From positions 1 through 34,678 of IMG/VR virus record IMGVR_UViG_3300044507_000051: a stretch of DNA of 34,678 bases. One strand, written 5' to 3'. The notes beneath the pieces were generated by a model. It saw only the letters and a program-made list of their open reading frames with translations, was not told where the DNA came from and made no database searches. Source of the stretch: a virus (taxonomy: Duplodnaviria > Caudoviricetes). The position numbers and the translations under genes are program-made. Below, one piece after another: positions 1 to 7,021 of this stretch. How positions within the stretch are numbered: position 1 is the first letter of the stretch; each line of letters opens with the position of its first letter.

Positions 1-146
1 GATAATATTGACATTTTGGTTAATATGATAAATCAAGCGGTTTACATTTCTAATGCAACAGCTGCATTTACCACTGGTACCGGAACTTTAATTGCTAACC
101 TCAATTACAATATTGTTAATGCAGCATAATAAAGGACTCTAAAAAT
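1..146. repeat. Terminal direct repeat, left copy (circular assembly overlap)
   Basis: 1-146 aligns to 34533-34678; identical over 21-146 (126 bp), with four mismatches at positions 8, 9, 14 and 20. Confidence 0.97.
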
Positions 147-216
147 GAAAGATAAAAAGAAAGACAAAGATAAAGACGACAAAGACATGAAAGGCGGCAA
201 GAAAAAGGGTTGTTAA
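145..216 (+). CDS. 23-aa Lys/Asp-rich micropeptide (MKDKKKDKDKDDKDMKGGKKKGC)
   Basis: Not in ORF track; AAGGA SD upstream of ATG 145; TAA directly abuts the TTG start of the lysin. Confidence 0.65.
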   Translation: MKDKKKDKDKDDKDMKGGKKKGC

Positions 217-696
217 TTGGATATTGACCAATACGACAATTTTATTCTTGTTCCTGCGTTGAAGGTGTCTAATTTGTATTCACCTTCTGCGCATGTCCTT
301 ATGCTCGGAACAGTTCTTCACGAGTCTCATCTTAATTATGTTGAGCAAGTGGGAGGAGGGCCGGCATTAGGATTTTCGCAAATTGAATCCAAGACTCATT
401 TAGATATCCAACGGTATTTAAATAGATATGACAATAAAGCTTTAAAAGAAAGAGTTCTTTCGGCATGCTTTTACGAATGCTTCCCCTCGGATGACGCGTT
501 AATTCATAATTTAAGATATGGCGTTTTAATTACCAGAATTAAATATTACATGATTTCGGCGGCATTACCTGCGCCAAATGATTTTGAAAATATGGCGAAG
601 TATTACATTAAATACTACAACGCTGGCGGAAAGGCGAAACAAGATGACACAGAGCGACTTTTTAAAAGCCTTATTGAAAATAGGTTCCAAGGATAA
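217..696 (+). CDS. Putative endolysin, lysozyme-like/transglycosylase fold
   Basis: HES catalytic-Glu-like motif, GPALGFSQIE, KYYN near the C-terminus; at the end of the late operon. Confidence 0.7.
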   Translation: MDIDQYDNFILVPALKVSNLYSPSAHVLMLGTVLHESHLNYVEQVGGGPALGFSQIESKTHLDIQRYLNRYDNKALKERVLSACFYECFPSDDALIHNLRYGVLITRIKYYMISAALPAPNDFENMAKYYIKYYNAGGKAKQDDTERLFKSLIENRFQG

Positions 697-922
697 AGCT
701 AGAATGACATTTGCTGTTATATTTGTAATTATATGCGGAATTGGAATTGGCTCCGCTTATTTTTTAGGGCCGGACAATCCCGTAGAGGAAGAGATGGAAG
801 ACCTTGCAGAGGATATGATTCAGATTAAAATAGAATTGCCTGGCGAGCAGCCTATGCACGGATTTATTGATTTTACGCCTTCAACCCCAGAGAAGAAAAA
901 GGCGCAAATAGATAATAGCTAA
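644..922 (+). CDS. Single-TM membrane protein, holin/lysis-accessory candidate
   Basis: TM FAVIFVIICGIGIGSAYFLG followed by an acidic tail; overlaps the lysin; ATG 644 preferred over 578. Confidence 0.55.
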   Translation: MTQSDFLKALLKIGSKDKARMTFAVIFVIICGIGIGSAYFLGPDNPVEEEMEDLAEDMIQIKIELPGEQPMHGFIDFTPSTPEKKKAQIDNS

Positions 923-1206
923 ATAGTTTCTTCTAAGTATTCCACTAAAACACAAACATACTCATCTTTTGAAATTCCCGTTAAATTGGTAATTCCCGCG
1001 ACTTCAAATGATGGCTCTTTTTCAATTTTAGTATCTACTTCTTCTTTTAGTTTAAAGAAATTGCTATTTCTATAAACTACATATTGTTTAATTGGCTTAT
1101 AACGACTGCAGTCAGCCAATACTTTATCGACATAAATATCTAAATCAGTTCCTTTAGAAACAATTATTTTTGGTTCAGGAATGATTATAGAACTTAATTC
1201 AGACAT
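919..1206 (-). CDS. Hypothetical protein, last gene of leftward early arm
   Basis: 95-aa ORF coupled to upstream gene; stop codon overlaps the convergent gene's stop. Confidence 0.7.
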   Translation of the reverse strand: MSELSSIIIPEPKIIVSKGTDLDIYVDKVLADCSRYKPIKQYVVYRNSNFFKLKEEVDTKIEKEPSFEVAGITNLTGISKDEYVCVLVEYLEETI

Positions 1207-1505
1207 TCTGCGGAATCCTCTTGTTCTTTTCTTTCTTTGAGAATCCTTTGCTCGGTTACTAACGCGCTTGTAATTGCGCTACCCAGGATGCAATCACGAT
1301 GAGCAATATCTTTTGAGTTGGATAACACATTAGCCAATAGCCATTCTGACAATTTAAGAGAAACGCTAATTGCAATTGGAATTCCGTTTTCTTGTCCGCT
1401 TTGTATATTATCTAATTCAGAAGTGACAATTCCAAAAAGTCTTTGTGCTTCATTCATTGAAATATCAAAAATCGATTTACGTTGTTCGTCGGTAATTATA
1501 CTCAT
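1194..1505 (-). CDS. Hypothetical protein
   Basis: 103-aa ORF with GAGGAA SD. Confidence 0.75.
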   Translation of the reverse strand: MSIITDEQRKSIFDISMNEAQRLFGIVTSELDNIQSGQENGIPIAISVSLKLSEWLLANVLSNSKDIAHRDCILGSAITSALVTEQRILKERKEQEDSAECLN

Positions 1506-1523
1506 TACTATTCCTCTATTTAA

Positions 1524-1850
1524 TTAAATATCTAATCCTTGGATTTTTCCTTGGACTTTGGGTTTTGGACCACGTCTTTTACCTGGGTAAGATTGAATTG
1601 GCTTCTTATTACTTGGGCGACTGATGGGCTCAAGCACGGGTTTAGCGTCTGCTCCTGCTGTTGGTGAGGCCTCTTTTGGCTCATTTGAGAAATTATCCTT
1701 TAAATGATTAAACCACGAATCTTCGTTGACATAATATAAACAGTGCTGACATACAAGGCAACTAACAACATGGTCGCGGCCATCAATGTGAGTTACGGCG
1801 GCTATAAAAGTATGTTCGCCATTTTTACAATTAGGGTTTATTTTTATCAT
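1524..1850 (-). CDS. Putative Zn-binding protein with basic disordered tail
   Basis: CxxxxH ... CLVCQHC motifs; C-terminal KRRGPKPK; AAGGTG SD. Confidence 0.7.
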   Translation of the reverse strand: MIKINPNCKNGEHTFIAAVTHIDGRDHVVSCLVCQHCLYYVNEDSWFNHLKDNFSNEPKEASPTAGADAKPVLEPISRPSNKKPIQSYPGKRRGPKPKVQGKIQGLDI

Positions 1851-1906
1851 CTTGCACCTTTTGTTAACAGATATTATTATTATTTTAACTTGTTAAATTA
1901 ATTGCT

Positions 1907-2233
1907 TTATAATGAAGGCTCAATATGAGCGCTTTCTATTGCATCTTTGAACAATATATGACCACATACGTCTTTTAAATCCTGAGCCATGTCATATTGA
2001 TATTTAATATATTTTAAATACTCTTCATCTTTTTCAAAATAACATTTATGTTTTTCATTATAAACGTCTTCTACAAGAGCAGGAGGAATCACGGGCGGAA
2101 TTCCGATCAATAAATCATGAGCATCCCAGGCCAATTTTCTTAATTCTTCCTTATCTATGCAAAACTTTTCTCCATTTATCCAGGTTAATTCGTACGTGCC
2201 TAAATCTGTTTTTGATATTTTAATTTTATTCAT
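1907..2233 (-). CDS. Hypothetical protein
   Basis: 108-aa ORF overlapping the upstream stop. Confidence 0.7.
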   Translation of the reverse strand: MNKIKISKTDLGTYELTWINGEKFCIDKEELRKLAWDAHDLLIGIPPVIPPALVEDVYNEKHKCYFEKDEEYLKYIKYQYDMAQDLKDVCGHILFKDAIESAHIEPSL

Positions 2234-2450
2234 TTTTTTCGTTCATTTTGTTAATAAAATCAATTATTGATTGGTAAGTCCAAAACAACTTAGTCTTTGG
2301 CTTATCTCTCATTCTTAACGGCTTTGGAAATCGATCAGCTTTAATTAGCAAATACAAGCTTGAAAGCGATATTTTTAGTATCTGACACACTTCTTTTGCC
2401 GTAATTAAAGATTTAGGGTTTATATAATATGTAGCTGGCAGTTCCATCAT
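2226..2450 (-). CDS. AlpA/excisionase-like HTH DNA-binding protein
   Basis: LITAKEVCQILKISLSSLYLLIKADRFPKPL...W, typical AlpA pattern. Confidence 0.85.
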   Translation of the reverse strand: MMELPATYYINPKSLITAKEVCQILKISLSSLYLLIKADRFPKPLRMRDKPKTKLFWTYQSIIDFINKMNEKNE

Positions 2451-2514
2451 TGTTGTATAACCATCAAATCACCCGATGTTTCCTTAGCTTTTCAATTAGT
2501 TCTTCAGCTTTCAT

Positions 2515-2715
2515 TTAAAATCCACTAATATAAATATAATCACCATTTGGTTTATAAGAACAATCCTTGAAATCGGCATTAAAGTCTATGTCGCACAATT
2601 CCATTTCTACATCTCCATATGAATAGCAACAGCAACAATTGGGCCTTAGGACTTCCATGTCGCCATACTTCTCTTTTAGCTCTTCAAGTCGAGATATTAG
2701 TTCAGTTATTTTCAT
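2515..2715 (-). CDS. Small phage hypothetical protein (MKITELISRL...KYGD type)
   Basis: 66-aa ORF; ATGA overlap with upstream ORF; N-terminus resembles 6423..6629. Confidence 0.75.
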   Translation of the reverse strand: MKITELISRLEELKEKYGDMEVLRPNCCCCYSYGDVEMELCDIDFNADFKDCSYKPNGDYIYISGF

Positions 2716-2858
2716 ACCTCACCCATTAATTTTAAACCAAAGTGCTCCATATGCTCTTCTAGACATTCCATTCCTGATTTACCAAAACCTTTCAATGCCA
2801 TAATTTCCTCACGCTTTAAAGAGCATAATTTCTCATTGGTTTCATTTCCTCTCCGCAT
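2712..2858 (-). CDS. RNA polymerase alpha-CTD-like (helix-hairpin-helix) small protein
   Basis: Not in ORF track; MRRGNETNEKLCSLKREEIMALKGFGKSGMECLEEHMEHFGLKLMGEV; TGA overlaps the next ATG. Confidence 0.6.
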   Translation of the reverse strand: MRRGNETNEKLCSLKREEIMALKGFGKSGMECLEEHMEHFGLKLMGEV

Positions 2859-3006
2859 AATTATTATGATTAATTTCTTGTTTAGGCCGAGTGCTAGGTT
2901 CGATATTTAATATAGAAGCCAATAATACTACTGTTGTAAATATTATAAAAAGTACAAAAGATGCAATTATCATAGATTTAGTATATATCCACAATTCATC
3001 TTTCAT
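2842..3006 (-). CDS. Small single-TM protein
   Basis: ATG 3006 in ATGA overlap; hydrophobic IIASFVLFIIFTTVVLLASIL. Confidence 0.6.
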   Translation of the reverse strand: MKDELWIYTKSMIIASFVLFIIFTTVVLLASILNIEPSTRPKQEINHNNYAERK

Positions 3007-3188
3007 GCCATCTTCCTTAATTTTATCCAGCTCCATAATTTTCCATGTGCATTATTCAAATATGCAATTATAATTGTAACAATTGATGACCAATAGAGTT
3101 TTTCTTCATAAGAAGCATCTGCAACATCCTCCAGAACCCACATCGAAACAAAAACAAATAATAGAAACTGCAATAGAGATAATTTCAT
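3003..3188 (-). CDS. Small two-TM membrane protein (immunity-like candidate)
   Basis: 61 aa, two hydrophobic segments, basic C-terminus; starts 1 nt after the 3190..3405 stop. Confidence 0.6.
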   Translation of the reverse strand: MKLSLLQFLLFVFVSMWVLEDVADASYEEKLYWSSIVTIIIAYLNNAHGKLWSWIKLRKMA

Positions 3189-3189
3189 A

Positions 3190-3405
3190 TTAGTTCCCGT
3201 TAATCATCCAATCAATCGATGGCGGCTGCCCATGTTTGTCTAAATAGTCTAAATTCTTAATTCCCTGGTTTGCAACAAACGTTGTCGCCACTAATACAAC
3301 GCCTCCAGGTCCGCCAAATATAAATCCGGCGCATAATGGCACAATCCAACTTCCCCAGCCTGCGCCATTTGCTAATTTTATTTCAATCGATTTTAAATAT
3401 CGCAT
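3190..3405 (-). CDS. Double-glycine-leader, microcin/bacteriocin-like precursor
   Basis: 15-aa leader MRYLKSIEIKLANGA, then Gly-rich hydrophobic core with GGPGG; GAGG SD. Confidence 0.6.
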   Translation of the reverse strand: MRYLKSIEIKLANGAGWGSWIVPLCAGFIFGGPGGVVLVATTFVANQGIKNLDYLDKHGQPPSIDWMINGN

Positions 3406-3592
3406 CTTGCCTCAGCTGTATTTTCAAATCATAAATTTGTTTAGAGGCTATTTCTCTTTCGTCAAATAATCTGGAAATTACTGACATATGATGTAGTATT
3501 TCTTTTTTGTGATAAAAATGAGACAAAATAGAATGTATGCAAAATGTACACGCAAGTAATAAACAGCAACACCAACAAAAGAATAGCTCCAT
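3383..3592 (-). CDS. Small protein with Cys-rich N-terminal TM and coiled-coil-like tail
   Basis: GGAGGA SD; FFCWCCCLLLACTFCI. Confidence 0.65.
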   Translation of the reverse strand: MELFFCWCCCLLLACTFCIHSILSHFYHKKEILHHMSVISRLFDEREIASKQIYDLKIQLRQDAIFKID

Positions 3593-3594
3593 AT

Positions 3595-3759
3595 TTAATC
3601 CTCCGTGCTTTTCAATTTTATATTTTCTGCTATTTTTGAAAGGACTCCATGATTATCAGCATCATCGATAGCAACCGCTATTTTATCTAATTTTTTTTGA
3701 ATTCCTTCCATCGCAATTATTAAACCAATAAATAAATCTTCCCATTTTTGTTCATTCAT
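3595..3759 (-). CDS. Hypothetical 54-aa protein (MNEQKWEDLF...LKSTED)
   Basis: Not in ORF track; fills the gap exactly; GAGGG SD. Confidence 0.65.
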   Translation of the reverse strand: MNEQKWEDLFIGLIIAMEGIQKKLDKIAVAIDDADNHGVLSKIAENIKLKSTED

Positions 3760-3761
3760 GA

Positions 3762-4433
3762 TTAAGCCCTCAAATAACTCATTCTGTCAAAATCCTGCGG
3801 CGTTAAGTCCGGCACAACTACTGGCGGAACATATCTCTGAACAATAATGTCATTATCAAATAGAAACATTTCAATTCTGTCTTGCATTTTCTTTGCGCCT
3901 TCTTTTAATTCATCAATTATTTTCTCATCTCTATTAATTCTTTGAATATGACCTTCTAGCCCCTTGCATCTCGGGTCATAACTAATAAAGTCATTCCACT
4001 CTCTTTGTGACACAAACATTTCCCATTGCATCTGATGAATAATTTCTTTGTCCGGTCCATGGTCACGATAATATAAATGTGTTTTTGAATGAGGGCATTT
4101 AATTTGAGCCATCCCATTTGGCTCCACAAGCAAATCTGGCGAGCACCCTGCTATTGACGCCTCGTCTTCAATAAATCCGCATACAGATGCATCAAATCCG
4201 GTTACATCGCAATACCATTGGGCTGCAAAAGGCTCCTGGTCAATACCCCATTGCATTGCATCATTTACATGTCCTTCAGTAACGGTTCGTGTAATTGTCT
4301 CAGCCAGCAGCTCATAATAATAAGATTCAAATTTAGCCTTTGTGGTCAATTTATGAACATTTGAACCCGTTATCTTTCCTAGACGCAAATTAAACCAAAT
4401 TCCAGAACGTTGCTCGCAATTATGAATTATCAT
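3762..4433 (-). CDS. YqaJ/lambda-exonuclease family recombination nuclease
   Basis: QRSxxWxxLRLGKITGS, AMQWG, GCSPDLL, QIKCP, QMQW, DFISYDPR motifs. Confidence 0.93.
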   Translation of the reverse strand: MIIHNCEQRSGIWFNLRLGKITGSNVHKLTTKAKFESYYYELLAETITRTVTEGHVNDAMQWGIDQEPFAAQWYCDVTGFDASVCGFIEDEASIAGCSPDLLVEPNGMAQIKCPHSKTHLYYRDHGPDKEIIHQMQWEMFVSQREWNDFISYDPRCKGLEGHIQRINRDEKIIDELKEGAKKMQDRIEMFLFDNDIIVQRYVPPVVVPDLTPQDFDRMSYLRA

Positions 4434-5080
4434 TTTGCCACCTTCTTAGCTTCTTCTATTTTCTTATTTAGCATATTAATTAGTTTTGCATGAGATTCTG
4501 GAACTAAATCTAATAGGTTTTTAATTCCACAATGGTCTAATATTTTCTTTTCTGAATAGCCTGCCTTTACAATTAAATCTAATAATGCAATTGCCTCGTC
4601 ATTTGTTATTGTTTTAATTGCTGGCGGTTTAAATGGTTGATTCTTTTGCACAGCCTTTGGAAGCTCTTTTGGTCTGTCGGTCAGAGAATCAGCATCATCA
4701 TCTTCATCTTTTTGGCAGATACCCAGCGCACCCATAATTGCATATCTTTTTGCATAACTTGCCGTCACGCCAACTTGCTGCAAAGAATTTGTCTTTCCTG
4801 ACGCAACGTTAACAGGAACAGTTAACTCACTCATTATATATTGACCAGATGAATGCATTATCCATGTTTGGATCCGCACTTCCGCAGCGCTTTGAGATAC
4901 CAAATTTTGCATAAATGAAAGGCCACATTTGCTCAATATTGGTCTTATAATGCTGAATATCTGGTCTAATTGGGCGTATTTCCCATTATATGAGGCCTTG
5001 TTTCGGTCTGCGTCTCTTACTTCGCCCTGAAACTTGGATAACGCAGCTGCTAACTCGTTTATATCGTCTGATTTTTGCAT
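4430..5080 (-). CDS. erf: ERF-family single-strand annealing protein
   Basis: ELAAALSKFQ, YAQLD, GLSFMQ, HSSGQ, GxxxSYAKRY, DDDA motifs; paired with the exonuclease. Confidence 0.93.
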   Translation of the reverse strand: MQKSDDINELAAALSKFQGEVRDADRNKASYNGKYAQLDQIFSIIRPILSKCGLSFMQNLVSQSAAEVRIQTWIMHSSGQYIMSELTVPVNVASGKTNSLQQVGVTASYAKRYAIMGALGICQKDEDDDADSLTDRPKELPKAVQKNQPFKPPAIKTITNDEAIALLDLIVKAGYSEKKILDHCGIKNLLDLVPESHAKLINMLNKKIEEAKKVAK

Positions 5081-5115
5081 TTACTTTCTCTCTCTAAGTG
5101 TCTAAACTTGGATTC

Positions 5116-5143
5116 ATGATAACATAAAATAATTTGTTTGCAA
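5116..5143 (-). promoter_or_regulatory. Leftward sigma70-like promoter (TTGCAA-16-TATCAT, extended -10)
   Basis: Consensus-like boxes upstream of erf in the divergent intergenic region. Confidence 0.55.
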
Positions 5144-5146
5144 TAC

Positions 5147-5174
5147 TTGTTGTTAACGAAAAATATGATAGAGT
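5147..5174 (+). promoter_or_regulatory. Rightward promoter (TTGTTG-16-TAGAGT, extended -10), probably leaderless
   Basis: -10 ends 7 nt before ATG 5182. Confidence 0.45.
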
Positions 5175-5181
5175 AGTAAAA

Positions 5182-5385
5182 ATGAAAACAAAAAAGAGAA
5201 AACAAGGTCGACCTGCAATTAAAGATAGAAAGATAGTTAGGTCTATAATGATAGGGTTTAGGGTTGACCCTGTTAAATACAAATCATTTGAGAAGGCCGC
5301 AAAATATTTTGATATGAAAATTAGTGAATATTGTGAATATTGTGTTGGCTTAGAAACTGAACGAATTATTAACGGATTAATGTAA
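5182..5385 (+). CDS. Small DNA-binding regulator (ribbon-helix-helix-like, N-terminal GRP motif)
   Basis: KQGRP...MIGFRVDPxxYxxFEKAAxxxxMKISEY; first gene of the rightward arm (Cro position). Confidence 0.7.
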   Translation: MKTKKRKQGRPAIKDRKIVRSIMIGFRVDPVKYKSFEKAAKYFDMKISEYCEYCVGLETERIINGLM

Positions 5386-5386
5386 A

Positions 5387-5506
5387 ATGCATGAATGTTT
5401 GTCTTTGCTAGGGATAGCAGTCTTTACCCTAATTAATTCAGTTGGCGCAATTTTAATATGTTGGTTAATTAATATAATTGGAGAAAGGTATTATGATGGA
5501 ATATAA
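5387..5506 (+). CDS. 39-aa single-TM peptide
   Basis: Not in ORF track; MHECLSLLGIAVFTLINSVGAILICWLINIIG... Confidence 0.5.
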   Translation: MHECLSLLGIAVFTLINSVGAILICWLINIIGERYYDGI

Positions 5507-5759
5507 GATAATTAATAAAGTTAATAGATTTTTGCACGGAGCGCAGATGAATACAGTTTTGATTTACACAGAGATGGGTCAATTGGTACATATAATTAAA
5601 GAATACGACACATCAAGAAATTGGCATAAAAAAGTAGTTTCAATTGGTATTGCAGATGCTGATAGTCCAGAAAAGATAACTAAAGCGACTTTTGAGTCAA
5701 AAGAAAAATTAGAGCAGGTAATTAAATTGCTGCAAAGCGCGCTCGGTCATTTTGAATAA
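5493..5759 (+). CDS. Hypothetical protein
   Basis: GGAGAAAGG SD before ATG 5493. Confidence 0.7.
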   Translation: MMEYKIINKVNRFLHGAQMNTVLIYTEMGQLVHIIKEYDTSRNWHKKVVSIGIADADSPEKITKATFESKEKLEQVIKLLQSALGHFE

Positions 5760-5935
5760 TGGAATTAATTATGGGTATTCCTACTATATTATGTCTTATT
5801 TTTATTGCACTAAAATTAATTCATTTTATTGATTGGCCATGGCTTTGGGTATTTAGTCCGTTAATTGTAAATATGGCTCTTTATATAATTGGATTTATTG
5901 TTTTTATATTCAAATATAATAGACGGAGATGGTGA
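5759..5935 (+). CDS. Small phage membrane protein, 'transmembrane Fragile-X-F'/TMEM185-like motif
   Basis: Not in ORF track; IFIALKLIHFIDWPWLWVFSPL; TAATG and TGATG overlaps on both sides. Confidence 0.75.
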   Translation: MELIMGIPTILCLIFIALKLIHFIDWPWLWVFSPLIVNMALYIIGFIVFIFKYNRRRW

Positions 5936-6108
5936 TGGATAGAAAAATAATTGCTTATAAAAGAATTTCTGGTCTTGGAAATACTTTTGATAAAAAGATG
6001 TTAGAGGCCTTAAAAGAAGGATTTGTTCCATTTGGTGGAATTTCAATCTCTTGTTGCAAAGATGGCGACTTCTTATTTATTGGACAAGCAATGGTGAAAT
6101 ATGAATAA
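5935..6108 (+). CDS. DUF1737-like small protein
   Basis: Not in ORF track; LKEGFVPFGG...QAMVKYE pattern. Confidence 0.7.
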   Translation: MDRKIIAYKRISGLGNTFDKKMLEALKEGFVPFGGISISCCKDGDFLFIGQAMVKYE

Positions 6109-6132
6109 CTAAACATCAAGAAAGGAAATATA

Positions 6133-6423
6133 ATGGCACTTGTTTTTGAACGAAATCCTGAAGGGCATACTGTCTTAGAAGAGACCGAAGAAGGTATTTT
6201 ATTTGGCTCCATGTTAACTGGAGACATTTTTAAAGAAATGAGATTAGAATCTATTAGGCCCGATCAGGTTCTATGCTTAGTCATTACTTCTATAGCTAAT
6301 CAAATATTCACCGTGGCGGAAAATGTACATACAGAATTGGCTCTCACAATGTTTGACGAGGCAATTAAATCAATTAAAGTTATGCGAGAGCATTTTATTA
6401 AGAATAAAGGGGATTTTAATTAG
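6133..6423 (+). CDS. Hypothetical protein
   Basis: AAGGA SD; 96 aa. Confidence 0.75.
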   Translation: MALVFERNPEGHTVLEETEEGILFGSMLTGDIFKEMRLESIRPDQVLCLVITSIANQIFTVAENVHTELALTMFDEAIKSIKVMREHFIKNKGDFN

Positions 6424-6629
6424 TGATAATTTCTGAATTAATTACTATTCTCTCGTATATGAAAAAGAAGCGCGGAGATGTTTCTGTTTATATGCAATTT
6501 AAGAAAGAAGATGGGATTTACTTTTCAATAGAAAACATCTTTCCAGACATTGTTGTAAATCCTGATGCAAAAAAAGGTGAAGGTAAATTAGCGGAGCTAA
6601 TTGTTTTATCTAACGAGGAAGAATCTTGA
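6423..6629 (+). CDS. Hypothetical protein (MIISELI...KRGD type)
   Basis: GTG start overlapping the TAG; resembles 2515..2715. Confidence 0.7.
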   Translation: MIISELITILSYMKKKRGDVSVYMQFKKEDGIYFSIENIFPDIVVNPDAKKGEGKLAELIVLSNEEES

Positions 6630-6630
6630 A

Positions 6631-6837
6631 ATGAAAGCTAAGATTTTATCAATCATATTCGAATTCATATCCGATTTATCAGAGCGAGAAAAGAGAGGAT
6701 TTAAATTACAAGTAGTTGGATCTTGTGTTTATGATGTTGCAGTAGGAAATCAGGGCGCTTACTGTGCATTAAAAGACTTACAAGAAAGAATAAATCTTAT
6801 TTCAGAAGAGGAACCATCAAAAGAACTTGATCTTTGA
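6631..6837 (+). CDS. Hypothetical protein
   Basis: ATG 1 nt after the upstream stop. Confidence 0.65.
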   Translation: MKAKILSIIFEFISDLSEREKRGFKLQVVGSCVYDVAVGNQGAYCALKDLQERINLISEEEPSKELDL

Positions 6838-6874
6838 TGACTTAAAAACTAGACTTCGAACAGAATTTTTTTTA

Positions 6875-7021
6875 AAACTGCGCACTTTAGAACTCCACCG
6901 ACCAAAGTTGTTTTCTAAAGCGGCGCTCTACAAAGGAGCATCCTGCCATGACGTTTTTTTTAACATCCAAACCAGCTTTTACTTTCAACAACTCTCACAT
7001 CAAAGAAGGTAACATCTGATG
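6875..7021 (-). ncRNA. Putative counter-transcribed antisense RNA to the rep leader
   Basis: Minus-strand TTGCAT-17-GATAAT at 7056-7028; hairpin 6880-6926 followed by AGUUUU on the minus strand. Confidence 0.45.

Noticed and set aside
1-146. DGR template/variable repeat pair or true terminal repeats
   Set aside because: No reverse transcriptase; mismatches are C/T on the coding strand rather than at adenines; length fits an assembler overlap
199-216. Eukaryotic prenylation signal in the KKKGC end
   Set aside because: The Cys is terminal, not CaaX, CC or CxC
5094-6227. ORF-track calls 5094..5282, 5861..6046 and 5955..6227 (minus strand)
   Set aside because: Opposite plus-strand small genes that have coupled start/stop overlaps and recognisable motifs
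6827-7012. 61-aa ORF in the rep leader
   Set aside because: TTG start overlapping the upstream gene and spanning the hairpin; better explained as structured RNA, although a leader peptide is not excluded
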